NCBI GenBank assembly: GCA_963801815.1
Contig: CAWDGJ010000002.1
Location: 128,001 to 192,000 of the forward strand
DNA: 64,000 nucleotides
Reading direction: 5' to 3'
Source: an uncultured Verrucomicrobiae bacterium
Lineage (GTDB): Bacteria; Verrucomicrobiota; Verrucomicrobiia; Chthoniobacterales; UBA10450
Below are positions 40,307-50,443 of the stretch, one piece after another. Under the pieces are notes generated by a model, which was not told the DNA's origin, ran no database searches, and saw nothing but the letters and a program-made list of their open reading frames with translations. Made by a program: the position numbers and the translations under genes. The first letter of the stretch is position 1. Every line of letters begins with the position of its first letter.

Positions 40307-41761
40307 TCGCGCTTCGGCTTTAGCAGCGGAAACAGGACCACATCGCGGATAGATTCCGCGCCGGTAAGCATCATCGCCAGTCGATCGATCCCAAGGCCAA
40401 GGCCGCCGGCTGGCGGCATTCCGTGTTCGAGCGCGAGTAAAAAATCTTCGTCGAGCTTCTGAGTTTCTTCGCCTGCTTGTTCGAGCAACCGTTTGCGCTG
40501 CACGTCGGGATCGTTGAGCTCAGTGTATCCCGGCGACATTTCCACTCCGTTGATAATCAGCTCATAAACATCGACCAGCGCAGGATCAATCGCGTTTTGT
40601 TTCGCCAAAGGCACGAGCTCTTTCGGACAATGAGTCACGAACAGCGGATCGAACGTTCTCTCTTCCACCAGTTTTTCAAAAACGTGCTGGGTTACCTCGA
40701 AATCGGCGAGCTGCGGCAAAACTTCGAGCTTAAAATCCTTGGTCGCGCGGGCGCGGCGTTGCTCGCTCGAAAGCTCGAACCAATCCTTGCCGGCGACTTC
40801 GCGCACCAGATCGAGATAACGCGCCCGGCGCCACGGCCGCGTGAGGTTGATGGTGCGTGTCACTTTTCCATCCGCGTCGCGATGCTCAATCTTCAATGAT
40901 CCGGAAACTTTTTCCGCCAGGTGGCAGATCAGTTCCTCGACCAGGTCCGCCATTTTTTCGAAGTTGGCGTAAGCCCAGTAGATTTCGAGCATGGTAAATT
41001 CCGGATTGTGTTTTCGCGAAATGCCCTCGTTCCGGAAGTTTCGGTTCAGCTCGAAAACTTTGTTAAATCCGCCAACCAACAGGCGCTTGAGATAAAGTTC
41101 CGGCGCAATCCGGAGATAGAGATCAAGCCCGAGGGCCTTGTGATGAGGTACTGAATGGCTGTGCCGCCGCGCCGCCGGCCACGGTTTGCAGCATCGGCGT
41201 TTCCACTTCGAAAAAACCGCGGTCTTCCAGGAACCGCCGGATTTCGCGCACCATCAAGATTCGTTTTTGAAACGTCTCCCGTGACTGTTCGTTCGCAACA
41301 AGATCGACATAGCGCTGCCGATAGCGCGCTTCGACATCTTGTAAGCCGTGCCATTTTTCCGGCGGCGGTCTTAGCGATTTCGCCAGAACTTCGAACTTCT
41401 GCGCCTTCACCGTCGACTCGCCGGTCTTAGTGACGAAGCATGTGCCCTCTACGCCAACAAAATCGCCGAGATCAAGGAGCTTGAACACCTCCATTGCTTC
41501 GGCGCCGACTTCCTTGTCATTAAAATAGATCTGGATGCGTCCGCTGGCGTCTCGAAGGTCGACAAAATGGCTCTTGCCCATGTCGCGATGGGCGGTGATG
41601 CGCCCGGCGACGCGCAAGGTTTCACCTTCCTTGAATTTTTCCCGCACTTCAGCGATTGAGCCGGACGTCTCGAAAGCCTGGCCGAATGGCTCGACGCCTT
41701 TCTTGCGAAGCACCTCCAGCTTTTCGCGCCGCTGCGCGATCAATTCATTTTCCGTCTCCAT
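40303..41761 (-). CDS. lysS: Lysine--tRNA ligase (class II); one frameshift near 41146
   Basis: [64 protein letters not shown]. Confidence 0.96.
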
Positions 41762-41785
41762 GATCGCGGCTACGGAACTCTGTCT

Positions 41786-41813
41786 TTCCGCATTCCGCAA
41801 TCCGAAATCCGCA
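41786..41813. repeat. Heptamer tandem repeat (WTCCGMA)x4
   Basis: TTCCGCA TTCCGCA ATCCGAA ATCCGCA. Confidence 0.6.
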
Positions 41814-41861
41814 ACGAAAGTTTATTGGTTTGCCTTTGAAAGCGCGGGAATGACATACTCT

Positions 41862-41947
41862 GGTGGATCGGCCGCTCCGCGGGCGATGCTAAATGAACGC
41901 GGCTTCGCCGCCCAAATAACATCGCGCCGGGGGCTGCGCGATCCACC
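41862..41947. repeat. GGTGGATCG...CGATCCACC REPIN-like element copy 3
   Basis: Ends immediately before the ATG at 41948. Confidence 0.85.
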
Positions 41948-42418
41948 ATGGCACTCGACCTTCCTAAGACGACGTCGAAGCGGGACGGACCGCTGGTGAA
42001 GCAGTTCTCCGTTTTTCTTCCGAATAAAGTCGGCGCGATGCACGATGTTCTCAAGATGCTGAACGCGCACGATTACCACGTAATGGCGATGAGCGTTTCA
42101 GAATCGACCGATTCGGCGATTGCGCGTCTGGTTGTGAGCGATCCCGGCGGCGTGGAGCAGTTGCTCAAGCAAAACAACATTGCGTTCGGGACCTGCGACG
42201 TTGTGGTGGTGGAGATGCACGAAGTGGCAACAGAATTGTCGAAGCTTTTCGCGGCCCTGTTCATGGCCGAAGTGAACGTGCACTTCACCTATCCCCTCCT
42301 CGTGCGGCCGCGCGGCCAGGCGGCGCTGGCCGTCCACGTGGACGATAACGAATGCGCGATTTCAGTTTTGAGCGGCGCCGGCTTTACCCTACTCAGCCAG
42401 AGCGAAATCTCGCGTTAG
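41948..42418 (+). CDS. Tandem ACT domain protein
   Basis: QFSVFLPNKVG, AEVNVHFTY. Confidence 0.85.
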   Translation: MALDLPKTTSKRDGPLVKQFSVFLPNKVGAMHDVLKMLNAHDYHVMAMSVSESTDSAIARLVVSDPGGVEQLLKQNNIAFGTCDVVVVEMHEVATELSKLFAALFMAEVNVHFTYPLLVRPRGQAALAVHVDDNECAISVLSGAGFTLLSQSEISR

Positions 42419-42507
42419 CGCTGTCCCATTGAGAGCCTCGCGAGCCTGCCTACCCGCCCTCGCTGCCTTGACATAGTGACGAGGTGGTCTAGAGGAAACG
42501 ACTATCC

Positions 42508-43620
42508 ATGGCGTCGCTCTCCTTCGTATCAGGGTCGCGGACTGATAAGAGCTTTAACATCGGTCTCGGGCTGGTGATTCTTTTTGGCGTCGCTGAGATA
42601 GGCGCGTTGGGAATTCATCTCATCGGCCGAACGCGTCCCGCGCAGGTGAGCGTTAGTCCGCGCGAAATGCCAGCACCGCTTCCCTCAGCTGCTGCGCCAT
42701 CGGCTCCGCCCGTGGCGTTGTCCGTAACTTCCCCGGCAGCCGCGTTGACTCCGCCGACGACCGTTTCTTCAGAAGTCGACCGGCTGACAAAACAAGCTCA
42801 GGCGGCGCGTGAGAGTGGCGATACCGTTAATGCCCTTACCCGGTTGCAGGATGCCGCACAGCGTGACCCGAAAAATGCGGAAGTGGTTGCTGAGATGGCG
42901 ATGATTTACGAATCGATCCAGAATTTCGACAAATCCGCCGAGGCCTGGCGAAGGGTCCATGACATTGGCCCGTCGGCCGGCCCGCTTTACGACGTCGCAG
43001 ACATGAAACTGAGGACCGGGGTTCCAACCTCGGCAACTACCAATGCAGTCGCGCCTGAGGCGACCGCCGTAGCGAAACTCGACGTTGCGTCAGCCCGCGG
43101 CACGGTGGAGGGCATTCCTCCCGGATCGACGCTCGGCATCAGCGAAGTCAGTGCGTCGGAAACGCCGGACCCGGATTCCGAAACAAATTTAATGTTACGG
43201 ATCAGCGTGAAGAAACGCCCGAATGTTGTGATCGATCACACCAAAGTAAAGATCCAGGTGTTCTTCTATGACACCGTCGGCGATAACGAGATCAAGTTGA
43301 CTGACGCCGATGTCAGTTACGAGTGGCTGACTCCGAACCACGATTGGGCGGACGGCAACAGAGAGACGCTGGCGGTCACTTACATCCGGCCGAAATCGAA
43401 AGCGAACAAAGCAGAGTCCGACCTAGCCGCCGCTGCTGCTGCGATCAATCCCGCGAAAAAAGGAAAGACGATTAAGGCGGCGGCGGCCGATTCCGGCGTA
43501 CGCAAATATCTTGGTTACATCGTTCGCGTTTATTATAATGATCAATTGCAGGACAAACGCGCCGACCCCACCAAATTGTTGACGCTGTTTCCGGCGCCTT
43601 TCACTGCTCCGCCCCAGTAA
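42508..43620 (+). CDS. Membrane-anchored TPR-containing hypothetical protein
   Basis: N-terminal TM, Pro/Ala linker, TPR-like helices (DPKNAE), C-terminal beta domain. Confidence 0.7.
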   Translation: MASLSFVSGSRTDKSFNIGLGLVILFGVAEIGALGIHLIGRTRPAQVSVSPREMPAPLPSAAAPSAPPVALSVTSPAAALTPPTTVSSEVDRLTKQAQAARESGDTVNALTRLQDAAQRDPKNAEVVAEMAMIYESIQNFDKSAEAWRRVHDIGPSAGPLYDVADMKLRTGVPTSATTNAVAPEATAVAKLDVASARGTVEGIPPGSTLGISEVSASETPDPDSETNLMLRISVKKRPNVVIDHTKVKIQVFFYDTVGDNEIKLTDADVSYEWLTPNHDWADGNRETLAVTYIRPKSKANKAESDLAAAAAAINPAKKGKTIKAAAADSGVRKYLGYIVRVYYNDQLQDKRADPTKLLTLFPAPFTAPPQ

Positions 43621-44297
43621 TGCAAATACTCATCGTGCACCACGATCCTGAAATGGGTGATGCGCTGGTGCAAATGGTGAAAAATTATACGCGCCATCAT
43701 TGCCTGCTCGTTCCGAGCGATGCCGTCGCGATTGATTGGGCCCGGCGTCATCAACGTTGCGATCTGCTCTTGACCCAACTCGAAGCCGATGGAATCAACG
43801 GCCTCGCCCTCGGTTCCGCATTGAGTGAAATCTTTTCCGGACTGCAGGTTTTGTTTTTTCCGAACTACGACGCCGACGAACGGTGTCTCGAAGTTTCCGA
43901 TACGAAAATCTTCCCCGAGCCAATAGTGGGCGATGAACTACTGGCGGCTATCGAACGGGCGACGCAAGCGCCGGCCGATGCGCCCGACTTTTTTCAGGTG
44001 GTCGACGTCTTGCAGATGTGTTGCTTGAGCCGCCGCAGCGGCGCGGTGCAGATGGTCAAAGACGGGAAAAGCGGACTCGCCTTTCTGCGCAATGGCAAAA
44101 TCGTTCACGCCGAGACGGCGGCCGCACAGGGCAGCGACGCGCTAGCCGAGATCGTGGCTTGGAAATACGTCGAGTTTGCCTACGAGCACATCGTCCGGCC
44201 GCCGTTACAGACAATTTCGGAGCCGTGGAACGAGATTCTGACAGACGCGGTAACGCGCGAGCAAGGCGACCGAAAGTCGCAGCACCAGTCAGTGTAG
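43620..44297 (+). CDS. Atypical receiver + DUF4388 domain protein
   Basis: REC-like N-terminus; DVLQMCCLSRRSG...GKIVHAE DUF4388 pattern. Confidence 0.75.
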   Translation: MQILIVHHDPEMGDALVQMVKNYTRHHCLLVPSDAVAIDWARRHQRCDLLLTQLEADGINGLALGSALSEIFSGLQVLFFPNYDADERCLEVSDTKIFPEPIVGDELLAAIERATQAPADAPDFFQVVDVLQMCCLSRRSGAVQMVKDGKSGLAFLRNGKIVHAETAAAQGSDALAEIVAWKYVEFAYEHIVRPPLQTISEPWNEILTDAVTREQGDRKSQHQSV

Positions 44298-44342
44298 CAG
44301 TTTTCTATGCAACCACGTGGCTTTACGGTAGTTTACGTTTTC

Positions 44343-45214
44343 ATGAGATGGTGCTGGTGCCTGTTCTTTTCGGGTTTGGCCGCCAGCAACGCGGTTGCGC
44401 AGATTCAGCTTGAGTTACAAATCCCGCGGCTCCAGTACGTCGCCCACGAACCGGTGGTCGCAAACCTGACGCTTACCAACCTGGCGGGACGCGATGTTGA
44501 TTTTCGCGATGACCGGAACCAGCCCTGGTTCGGTTTCGAGGTCACCGGTAGCGAAGGTCAATCTATTCCGCAAATCTCGAACGCCGGGAACGAACCGCTC
44601 AGAGTCACCGCCGGACAACGGATCACGCGAAAGATTAACCTGACGCAGTTGTACGGGTACACAATTTCGGGACCTACCGAGTTCGAGCTCATATTTATTT
44701 TGCCGACCTCAATAAATTCTTCTATTCGGCCACGAAAGTTTTCGAGGTCGCTGACGCGCGTCCGATTTGGCAGAAAACGGTGGGCGTGCCACAAGAGGAA
44801 GGTGTTCCCGGAACTGCGCGCACTTACTCGCTGATGACAAACCGTTTTCCTGATCACACGTCGCTCTATGTTCGCGTGGAAGACAAGGACAGCGGGCTGG
44901 TTTACGCGACTTACTCACTGGGCCAGGTCATCGCATTCGATCAGCCGCAGGCTGAGTTCGACCACTCCAACCAGCTCCATGTTCTTTATTGCGCGGCCCC
45001 GCGAATGTGGTCCTATGCCCGCGTCGGTTTGAACGGAGAGCTTGTTTCCCGCGCCAGCTTCGCCGAAACCAAAAGCCGCCCGCGCCTTGTCCATTCCGAT
45101 GATGGTGTGATAAAGGTTGCCGGCGGAATAATGGACACACCGGTCACACCAGCGACACGTAATCAAGCCGGGAAACTTTCCGCGAGCCCGTCGAATGCTC
45201 CAAAGGAAGATTAA
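44343..45214 (+). CDS. Secreted hypothetical protein; frameshift near 44660
   Basis: Signal peptide and beta-rich N-half in ORF 44307, continuing in the frame of ORF 44780-45214. Confidence 0.6.
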
Positions 45215-45217
45215 CTG

Positions 45218-46180
45218 ATGCGCAAATCACTTGTCATTTATAGTCTTCTCTTCGCGGGCGCCATCATTGCGACCAGCGTGAAAGCCTTGCCCGCCCCCAG
45301 CTCGCTTTCGCAGCGAGAACGTGCCAGCGCACCGCGAGTAACGCCGACTCCAGCAGCGCGCTTGCGCACCGTGCGTACGCGGGAGGGCGTTCGCTCTTCG
45401 ACTACGGTGGTTATCGACGCCGGCCATGGCGGATTCGACCCCGGCGGTATTCCTGGGCAGCGCGTTCCGGAAAAAATAATGACCCTGGATGTCGCGCAAC
45501 GGCTGAGAACAGTCCTTCAAGCATCTGGCTATCACGTTGTCATGACGCGCGATAGCGATGTTTTTGTTCCGCTGGGGACACGGGTGGCAATTGCAAATGC
45601 GTATCGCGACGCAATCTTCGTTTGCATTCATTTCAACGCCACTCCGCGCCGGAGTGCGAGCGGGATCGAAACGTATTTTTACAGCTCGCAAAGCTTACCT
45701 CTCGCCTCGGCAATTCACTATTATGTAGCTGGTGGCGCGCCGACAGCTAATCGTGGAGTTCGCCGCCGTGGGTTTTTCGTTTTGCGAAAAACGACGATCC
45801 CATCCGTGCTGGTCGAGTGCGGTTTCCTGACCAATCCGAATGAAGCGCAGTACGCCCAAAACTCTGCATATCGCCAAAAACTCGCCTTGGAAATTGCGCA
45901 CGGAATTCAGAATCGCTCTTCGGTGGCGCGCATTCCCGGCGTCACAAGAATCGCGTCCAGTTCGTCCGACACGTCTTTAGAGCCCGAGACCGTGCCACTA
46001 CAGCCGTTTATCGATCAAACCCACTATCACGACCCGGATCTTTCGCGCTCGAAACATAAGCGCAGCTCAAAGAGTTCCTCGAAATCGGCATCGTCCAAGC
46101 ACAAGAAATCTTCGTCCGAAACCGCGTCCACCAAGAGCTCCACCAGAAAAAAGAAATCTACCTCACAGGCGGAGGATTGA
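45218..46180 (+). CDS. N-acetylmuramoyl-L-alanine amidase (Amidase_3)
   Basis: IDAGHGG, EK, CIHFNA, VLVECGF; basic Ser/Lys tail. Confidence 0.93.
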   Translation: MRKSLVIYSLLFAGAIIATSVKALPAPSSLSQRERASAPRVTPTPAARLRTVRTREGVRSSTTVVIDAGHGGFDPGGIPGQRVPEKIMTLDVAQRLRTVLQASGYHVVMTRDSDVFVPLGTRVAIANAYRDAIFVCIHFNATPRRSASGIETYFYSSQSLPLASAIHYYVAGGAPTANRGVRRRGFFVLRKTTIPSVLVECGFLTNPNEAQYAQNSAYRQKLALEIAHGIQNRSSVARIPGVTRIASSSSDTSLEPETVPLQPFIDQTHYHDPDLSRSKHKRSSKSSSKSASSKHKKSSSETASTKSSTRKKKSTSQAED

Positions 46181-46181
46181 G

Positions 46182-47672
46182 TTGGAATCACCCGTTCTGA
46201 GTTCAGCGCAGATGCAGGCTGCTGAACAAGCAGCTTTCGCCCGCCAGATCACCGTCGAGACCCTGATGGACCAGGCCGGGATCGGCGTTGCCCGCGCGGT
46301 CCGCCAATTTTTTCCCAAGCCCGGCAGCTGCATCGTTTTTGCAGGAAAAGGTCACAACGGCGGCGACGCGTTGGTCGCGGCCGAACAATTGCAGCGCGCC
46401 GGTTGGAAGATCGACACCCGTCTTCCGTTTCTGGAAGAGAATTGCAGCGAGCTCACCCAGCAAAAATTGAAGGCGTTGCGCGAATCGACCCCGAAGCCGG
46501 CTGATACGATCGCTCGCGCACCGTACACCATAATTTTAGACGGCTTACTCGGCACCGGCGCAAACTCGTTCCTCCGCGAACCGATCCGTTCCGCCGCACG
46601 CGAGATTAATCGGCTTCGCCGCGAGCAAAACACGTTTGTCTTTGCGGTCGATCTTCCCACTGGCCTGGATGCTGATTCCGGCGAAAACGATCCCGAAGAT
46701 TCGATCGTAGCCGATTTCACCGTCACCATTGGCTTCGTCAAACATGGATTGATCGTAGATTCCGCGCTCGATCTCGTCGGCCGGATCGAGGTCGTTCCGC
46801 TTCCAGGTCTCTGGTCAGAGGTAACCGCGCCGAATGAGGTCGCGGCTAGTCCGCACTCGTTCGGGGCGATCTTGGCCCGGCGACAATTCAGTGCTTACAA
46901 AAATCAATTCGGACGCATCGGCGTTGTGGCGGGATCCAAAGGATTCATTGGGGCCGCGATCATGACTGCGGAAGGTGCGCTGCGGGCCGGGGCCGGTCTG
47001 GTGGAAGTTTTTGTGCCGGACGATATTTATGAAATTGTCGCGAGCGCGGCGCCAGTGGAAGCAATGGTGAAACCGATCCGCCGTTACCGCGATCTGCTCG
47101 AAGAGAAAGTCGACGTTTGGGCGCTTGGACCGGGTTTGGGGAAATCGCGCGCGGCGGAAATTTTGAATTTAATCGAGAACGCGACGCAACCAATGATCGT
47201 CGACGCCGACGGATTGAACGTTGCCGCCGACAAGATCGACATCCTGCGCAGTTGTCGGGGACCGCGACTGCTGACGCCGCACCCGGGGGAAATGCAACGA
47301 TTGATGGACGTCGGCAAAATGGCCCGCGCCGGGGTTGCGCGAAATTTCTGCGACCGGTTTCCGGTCACGCTGTTATTGAAAGGAAGCCGCACTATTGTTT
47401 GCGAGCGGGGCAAACCGATTAGTTACAACACCACTGGAAATCCCGGAATGGCCAGCGGCGGGATGGGCGATGTGCTCACCGGGGTTTGCGCCGGACTGGC
47501 CGGACGCGAATTGTCCCTGTTCGATTCCGGCCGGATTGGCGCGTGGGCATGCGGACGCGCAGCCGAGATTTCTATCTTCCAAAAAGGCGCGAGCGAGGAA
47601 TCACTCCTCGCTACTGACGTGCTCGCTAATTTGGGTGGAGCGTTCAACGAATTGCGAAATCCATCGGTTTGA
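46182..47672 (+). CDS. nnr: Bifunctional NAD(P)H-hydrate epimerase/dehydratase
   Basis: GKGHNGGD, DGLLGTG, DLPTG, GPGLG, DADG, LTPHPGE, GMGDVLTG. Confidence 0.93.
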   Translation: MESPVLSSAQMQAAEQAAFARQITVETLMDQAGIGVARAVRQFFPKPGSCIVFAGKGHNGGDALVAAEQLQRAGWKIDTRLPFLEENCSELTQQKLKALRESTPKPADTIARAPYTIILDGLLGTGANSFLREPIRSAAREINRLRREQNTFVFAVDLPTGLDADSGENDPEDSIVADFTVTIGFVKHGLIVDSALDLVGRIEVVPLPGLWSEVTAPNEVAASPHSFGAILARRQFSAYKNQFGRIGVVAGSKGFIGAAIMTAEGALRAGAGLVEVFVPDDIYEIVASAAPVEAMVKPIRRYRDLLEEKVDVWALGPGLGKSRAAEILNLIENATQPMIVDADGLNVAADKIDILRSCRGPRLLTPHPGEMQRLMDVGKMARAGVARNFCDRFPVTLLLKGSRTIVCERGKPISYNTTGNPGMASGGMGDVLTGVCAGLAGRELSLFDSGRIGAWACGRAAEISIFQKGASEESLLATDVLANLGGAFNELRNPSV

Positions 47673-47683
47673 TTTCATCCAGA

Positions 47684-47815
47684 AAATCCGAAATTCGAAT
47701 CCCGAAGCTCGAAACAAATACGAAGGTTTAAAATTCGAATGACCCGGTAGAGGCAGATTTGTGGTGTTTGAGCTTTGGAAATTGTTTCGGATTTCGATAT
47801 TCGTGCTTCGACATT
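47684..47815. repeat. Palindromic array of 7-mer (AATTCGA/TTCGRAT-like) units
   Basis: Left arm AAATCCGAAATTCGAAT...CGAAACAA mirrored by TTGTTTCGGATTTCGATATTCGTGCTTCG. Confidence 0.65.
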
Positions 47816-47860
47816 CCGCCTTGGGATTGAGGTAAAGCGAAAACCGTTGAAGGTTATGAA

Positions 47861-48742
47861 ATGAACGGAGCACCGGAGCGCACGGCAATCGAAACCGACG
47901 CCGCGCATCCTTCGCAGGAGAGTTGGCAAGTCCGCGTCAAGAAAGCCCTTGGACCGATCGGCGTGGTCTTCGTCGTCATCGCCAAGTTTTTCGCAAAACT
48001 GAAGTTTATAATCCTGCCCGCGCTCAAGTTTCTGCCGCTTCTGCTGAAGTCCGGCGGCACCATGCTGCTGATGATCTGGGTTTACACGATGATGTGGGGC
48101 TGGAAGTTCGCGGTTGGTTTTGTGGTGCTCCTGCTCGTCCACGAGTGCGGACACTTGATCGTCGCCAAGAAGTTCGGATTGAAAGTCGGCGCGCCGGTCT
48201 TTATTCCATTCATGGGCGCTTTCATCGCACTAAAGGAAGCACCGCGGAACGCCTGGATGGAAGCGTGTGTCGGAATTGGCGGTCCTATGCTTGGTTCGTT
48301 AGGCGCGCTCGTTTGCAATGTGACCGGTGAAACTTTCGACATTCCGATTTTCTTCGCTCTCGCGTGGTTCGGTTATTTTCTGAACCTCTTCAATCTAACG
48401 CCAGTAGGAATGCTGGACGGCGGTCGAATTGTTACCGCGCTATCACGCTGGCTTTGGCTGCCGGGGTTCGCGGTCCTGCTCTGGTTTGGCTGGAAATATC
48501 CGAACTTTATTGTCTGGCTATTGGTCATCGCGTCGTTACCGCGCATCGTGTCGCTCTTTCGAAAACGAACGGAAGAAGAACGCCAATACTACGAAGTCAC
48601 TCCGGCACAGCGGTGGACGATGTCGATTTTGTATTTCGGTTTGATCGCGGTGCTGGTTTTTGGAATGCACCAAGCCTCGCGTGACTTGAATGAATACGGA
48701 ATTCGTTCACACGGGCACGGTCAGGACGTGATCTTTCAGTAA
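47861..48742 (+). CDS. Site-2 protease (M50 family)
   Basis: HECGH, GGP, NLFNLTPVGMLDGG. Confidence 0.9.
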   Translation: MNGAPERTAIETDAAHPSQESWQVRVKKALGPIGVVFVVIAKFFAKLKFIILPALKFLPLLLKSGGTMLLMIWVYTMMWGWKFAVGFVVLLLVHECGHLIVAKKFGLKVGAPVFIPFMGAFIALKEAPRNAWMEACVGIGGPMLGSLGALVCNVTGETFDIPIFFALAWFGYFLNLFNLTPVGMLDGGRIVTALSRWLWLPGFAVLLWFGWKYPNFIVWLLVIASLPRIVSLFRKRTEEERQYYEVTPAQRWTMSILYFGLIAVLVFGMHQASRDLNEYGIRSHGHGQDVIFQ

Positions 48743-48793
48743 ACTGTGGCGAGAGAAATCTCGCCTGCGGAAGCCGCGATTTGCAGCCGAGGT

Positions 48794-50443
48794 TTAGCCG
48801 GCGTTGATCGCGAAAACTTTTTCCGGTTCGAGTCCGGTCCGCTCGACAATTGAGACAAAACGTTTGTCCGGGCGCAACGGCGCAAACTCCGGAGCGATTC
48901 CGACGAAATGAAGCGACGAGGAGCGTTCTTCGGCCGCGCGCTCCAATTCACGAATTGCGTCTTCGTGGGCGCCGAGCGCGACATAAACATGTGCGACCGC
49001 GTCGCCGGGAGTGTAGCCTCCGCGGGCTGCGATTGTTTTCGCCAGCATCTCGCGCGCTTCGTCCGGCCGATTCATCTTTGCATAAGTGATGGCGAGCCCA
49101 AACGCCGGCCGGCCGCTGATCTGCTGGGCTTTTTCATAAAGCGCGATCGCTTCGTCGAAGCGACCTGTTTCGCGATAAAGCGCAGCCATCAATGGCTCGC
49201 CATAAACGAATGCGGGGTCGAGCTGAAGCGCCCGTTCACCGGCAGCGCTCGCTTCTTCGTACAACCCAAAGTAGCGATATAGTTCGCACGCCGAATTAGC
49301 CACCCAAAGCGATGCCGGGTCGATCGTCGATGTTCGCTGCAAATACTTGAGCGCTTCCTCGCGGTCCCCTCGCGCGGCAAAGAACGCCGCCGAAAAATAA
49401 TTCGCCGGCGTAGATTTTGGATCGAGCTCGATCGCCCGATAGAATTCGCGGGCCGCACCGTCCATGTTCCAGTCGAGAATGCGTTTAGTTTCGGCGAGAT
49501 AGACGTGCGCCTCGGCGTCGCTCTTGTCGAGTTTCAGCGCGTTGAGTGCCGCCTGACGCATTTTGGAGTAGGCCTCCAGCGGAGCGACATAAGCGTCCGC
49601 CAGCCAGAGCCACGATTTTGCAATCCCAGTCCACGCTCGGGCAAAGCGCGGATCCTTCTGGAGCGCGGCTTCAAAGTATCCGAGACTTTTCCGCAGCGCT
49701 TCTTCGGTGCTCTTGTCGGAATAGAAAAGACCCTGCAGATACGAATCGTAGGCGTCGAGACTTCGCGCAGGGGCGGGCGGCGTGATTGCAAGTTTTAGCT
49801 TTAGCTTATCGACAATTGCGCGGGTAATTTCATCCTGAAGTGCAAAGATGCTTTGCATCTCGCGCTCAAAGGTGTCCGACCAAATCGTAAAGCCGCGTCG
49901 CGCATCGATTAGTTCCGCAGTGACGCGCACCCGATTCTCGTCGCGGCGGACAGAGCCTTCCAGGACATGAGCGACGTTCAGCTTGTTCGCGACTTCGCGC
50001 ACATCTGCCTTCTGATCCTTGAACCAAAACGAAGAGCGCCGCGCAGCCACCCGCAGATTGCCGATTTTGGAAAGCGCGGTCAGGATTTCGTCGGCGATTC
50101 CATCACTGAAATAGTCGTGATCACGGTTCGGACTAAGGTCCGCAAAGGGCAGAACGGCGATGGAATTCTCGTGCACACGCGGCGCCAGCGCGGTGTCGAT
50201 GTCTTTAAGATTCGGCGTGCGAACGACGCCGTAGCGGGTGAAATCGAAAAACCAGGAGAGCGTCAGGGCGACTGGAAATCCGACAATGATCAGGACGACC
50301 AGGAGCCGAATAACCCAGTTCGAAATATCGAACACTGGTAAGACCTGCGCCAGACCCTGGGCAAGCGCCCAACCGCCGACTAAATATGCGACCGCGATCG
50401 GGTAGACTTTTCTCCGCTTTAGCTCGGCGAAAAATCGGTTCAC
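48794..50443 (-). CDS. Membrane protein with TolB-N/FlgO-like domain and TPR repeats
   Basis: FFAELKRRKV, two TMs, SIAVLPF, YFSDG, LEGSVRR, TPRs. Confidence 0.88.
   Translation of the reverse strand: MNRFFAELKRRKVYPIAVAYLVGGWALAQGLAQVLPVFDISNWVIRLLVVLIIVGFPVALTLSWFFDFTRYGVVRTPNLKDIDTALAPRVHENSIAVLPFADLSPNRDHDYFSDGIADEILTALSKIGNLRVAARRSSFWFKDQKADVREVANKLNVAHVLEGSVRRDENRVRVTAELIDARRGFTIWSDTFEREMQSIFALQDEITRAIVDKLKLKLAITPPAPARSLDAYDSYLQGLFYSDKSTEEALRKSLGYFEAALQKDPRFARAWTGIAKSWLWLADAYVAPLEAYSKMRQAALNALKLDKSDAEAHVYLAETKRILDWNMDGAAREFYRAIELDPKSTPANYFSAAFFAARGDREEALKYLQRTSTIDPASLWVANSACELYRYFGLYEEASAAGERALQLDPAFVYGEPLMAALYRETGRFDEAIALYEKAQQISGRPAFGLAITYAKMNRPDEAREMLAKTIAARGGYTPGDAVAHVYVALGAHEDAIRELERAAEERSSSLHFVGIAPEFAPLRPDKRFVSIVERTGLEPEKVFAINAG

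Noticed and set aside
42468..42495. TTGACA promoter upstream of the TPR gene
   Set aside because: The -35 is perfect but there is no convincing -10 at 16-18 nt spacing.
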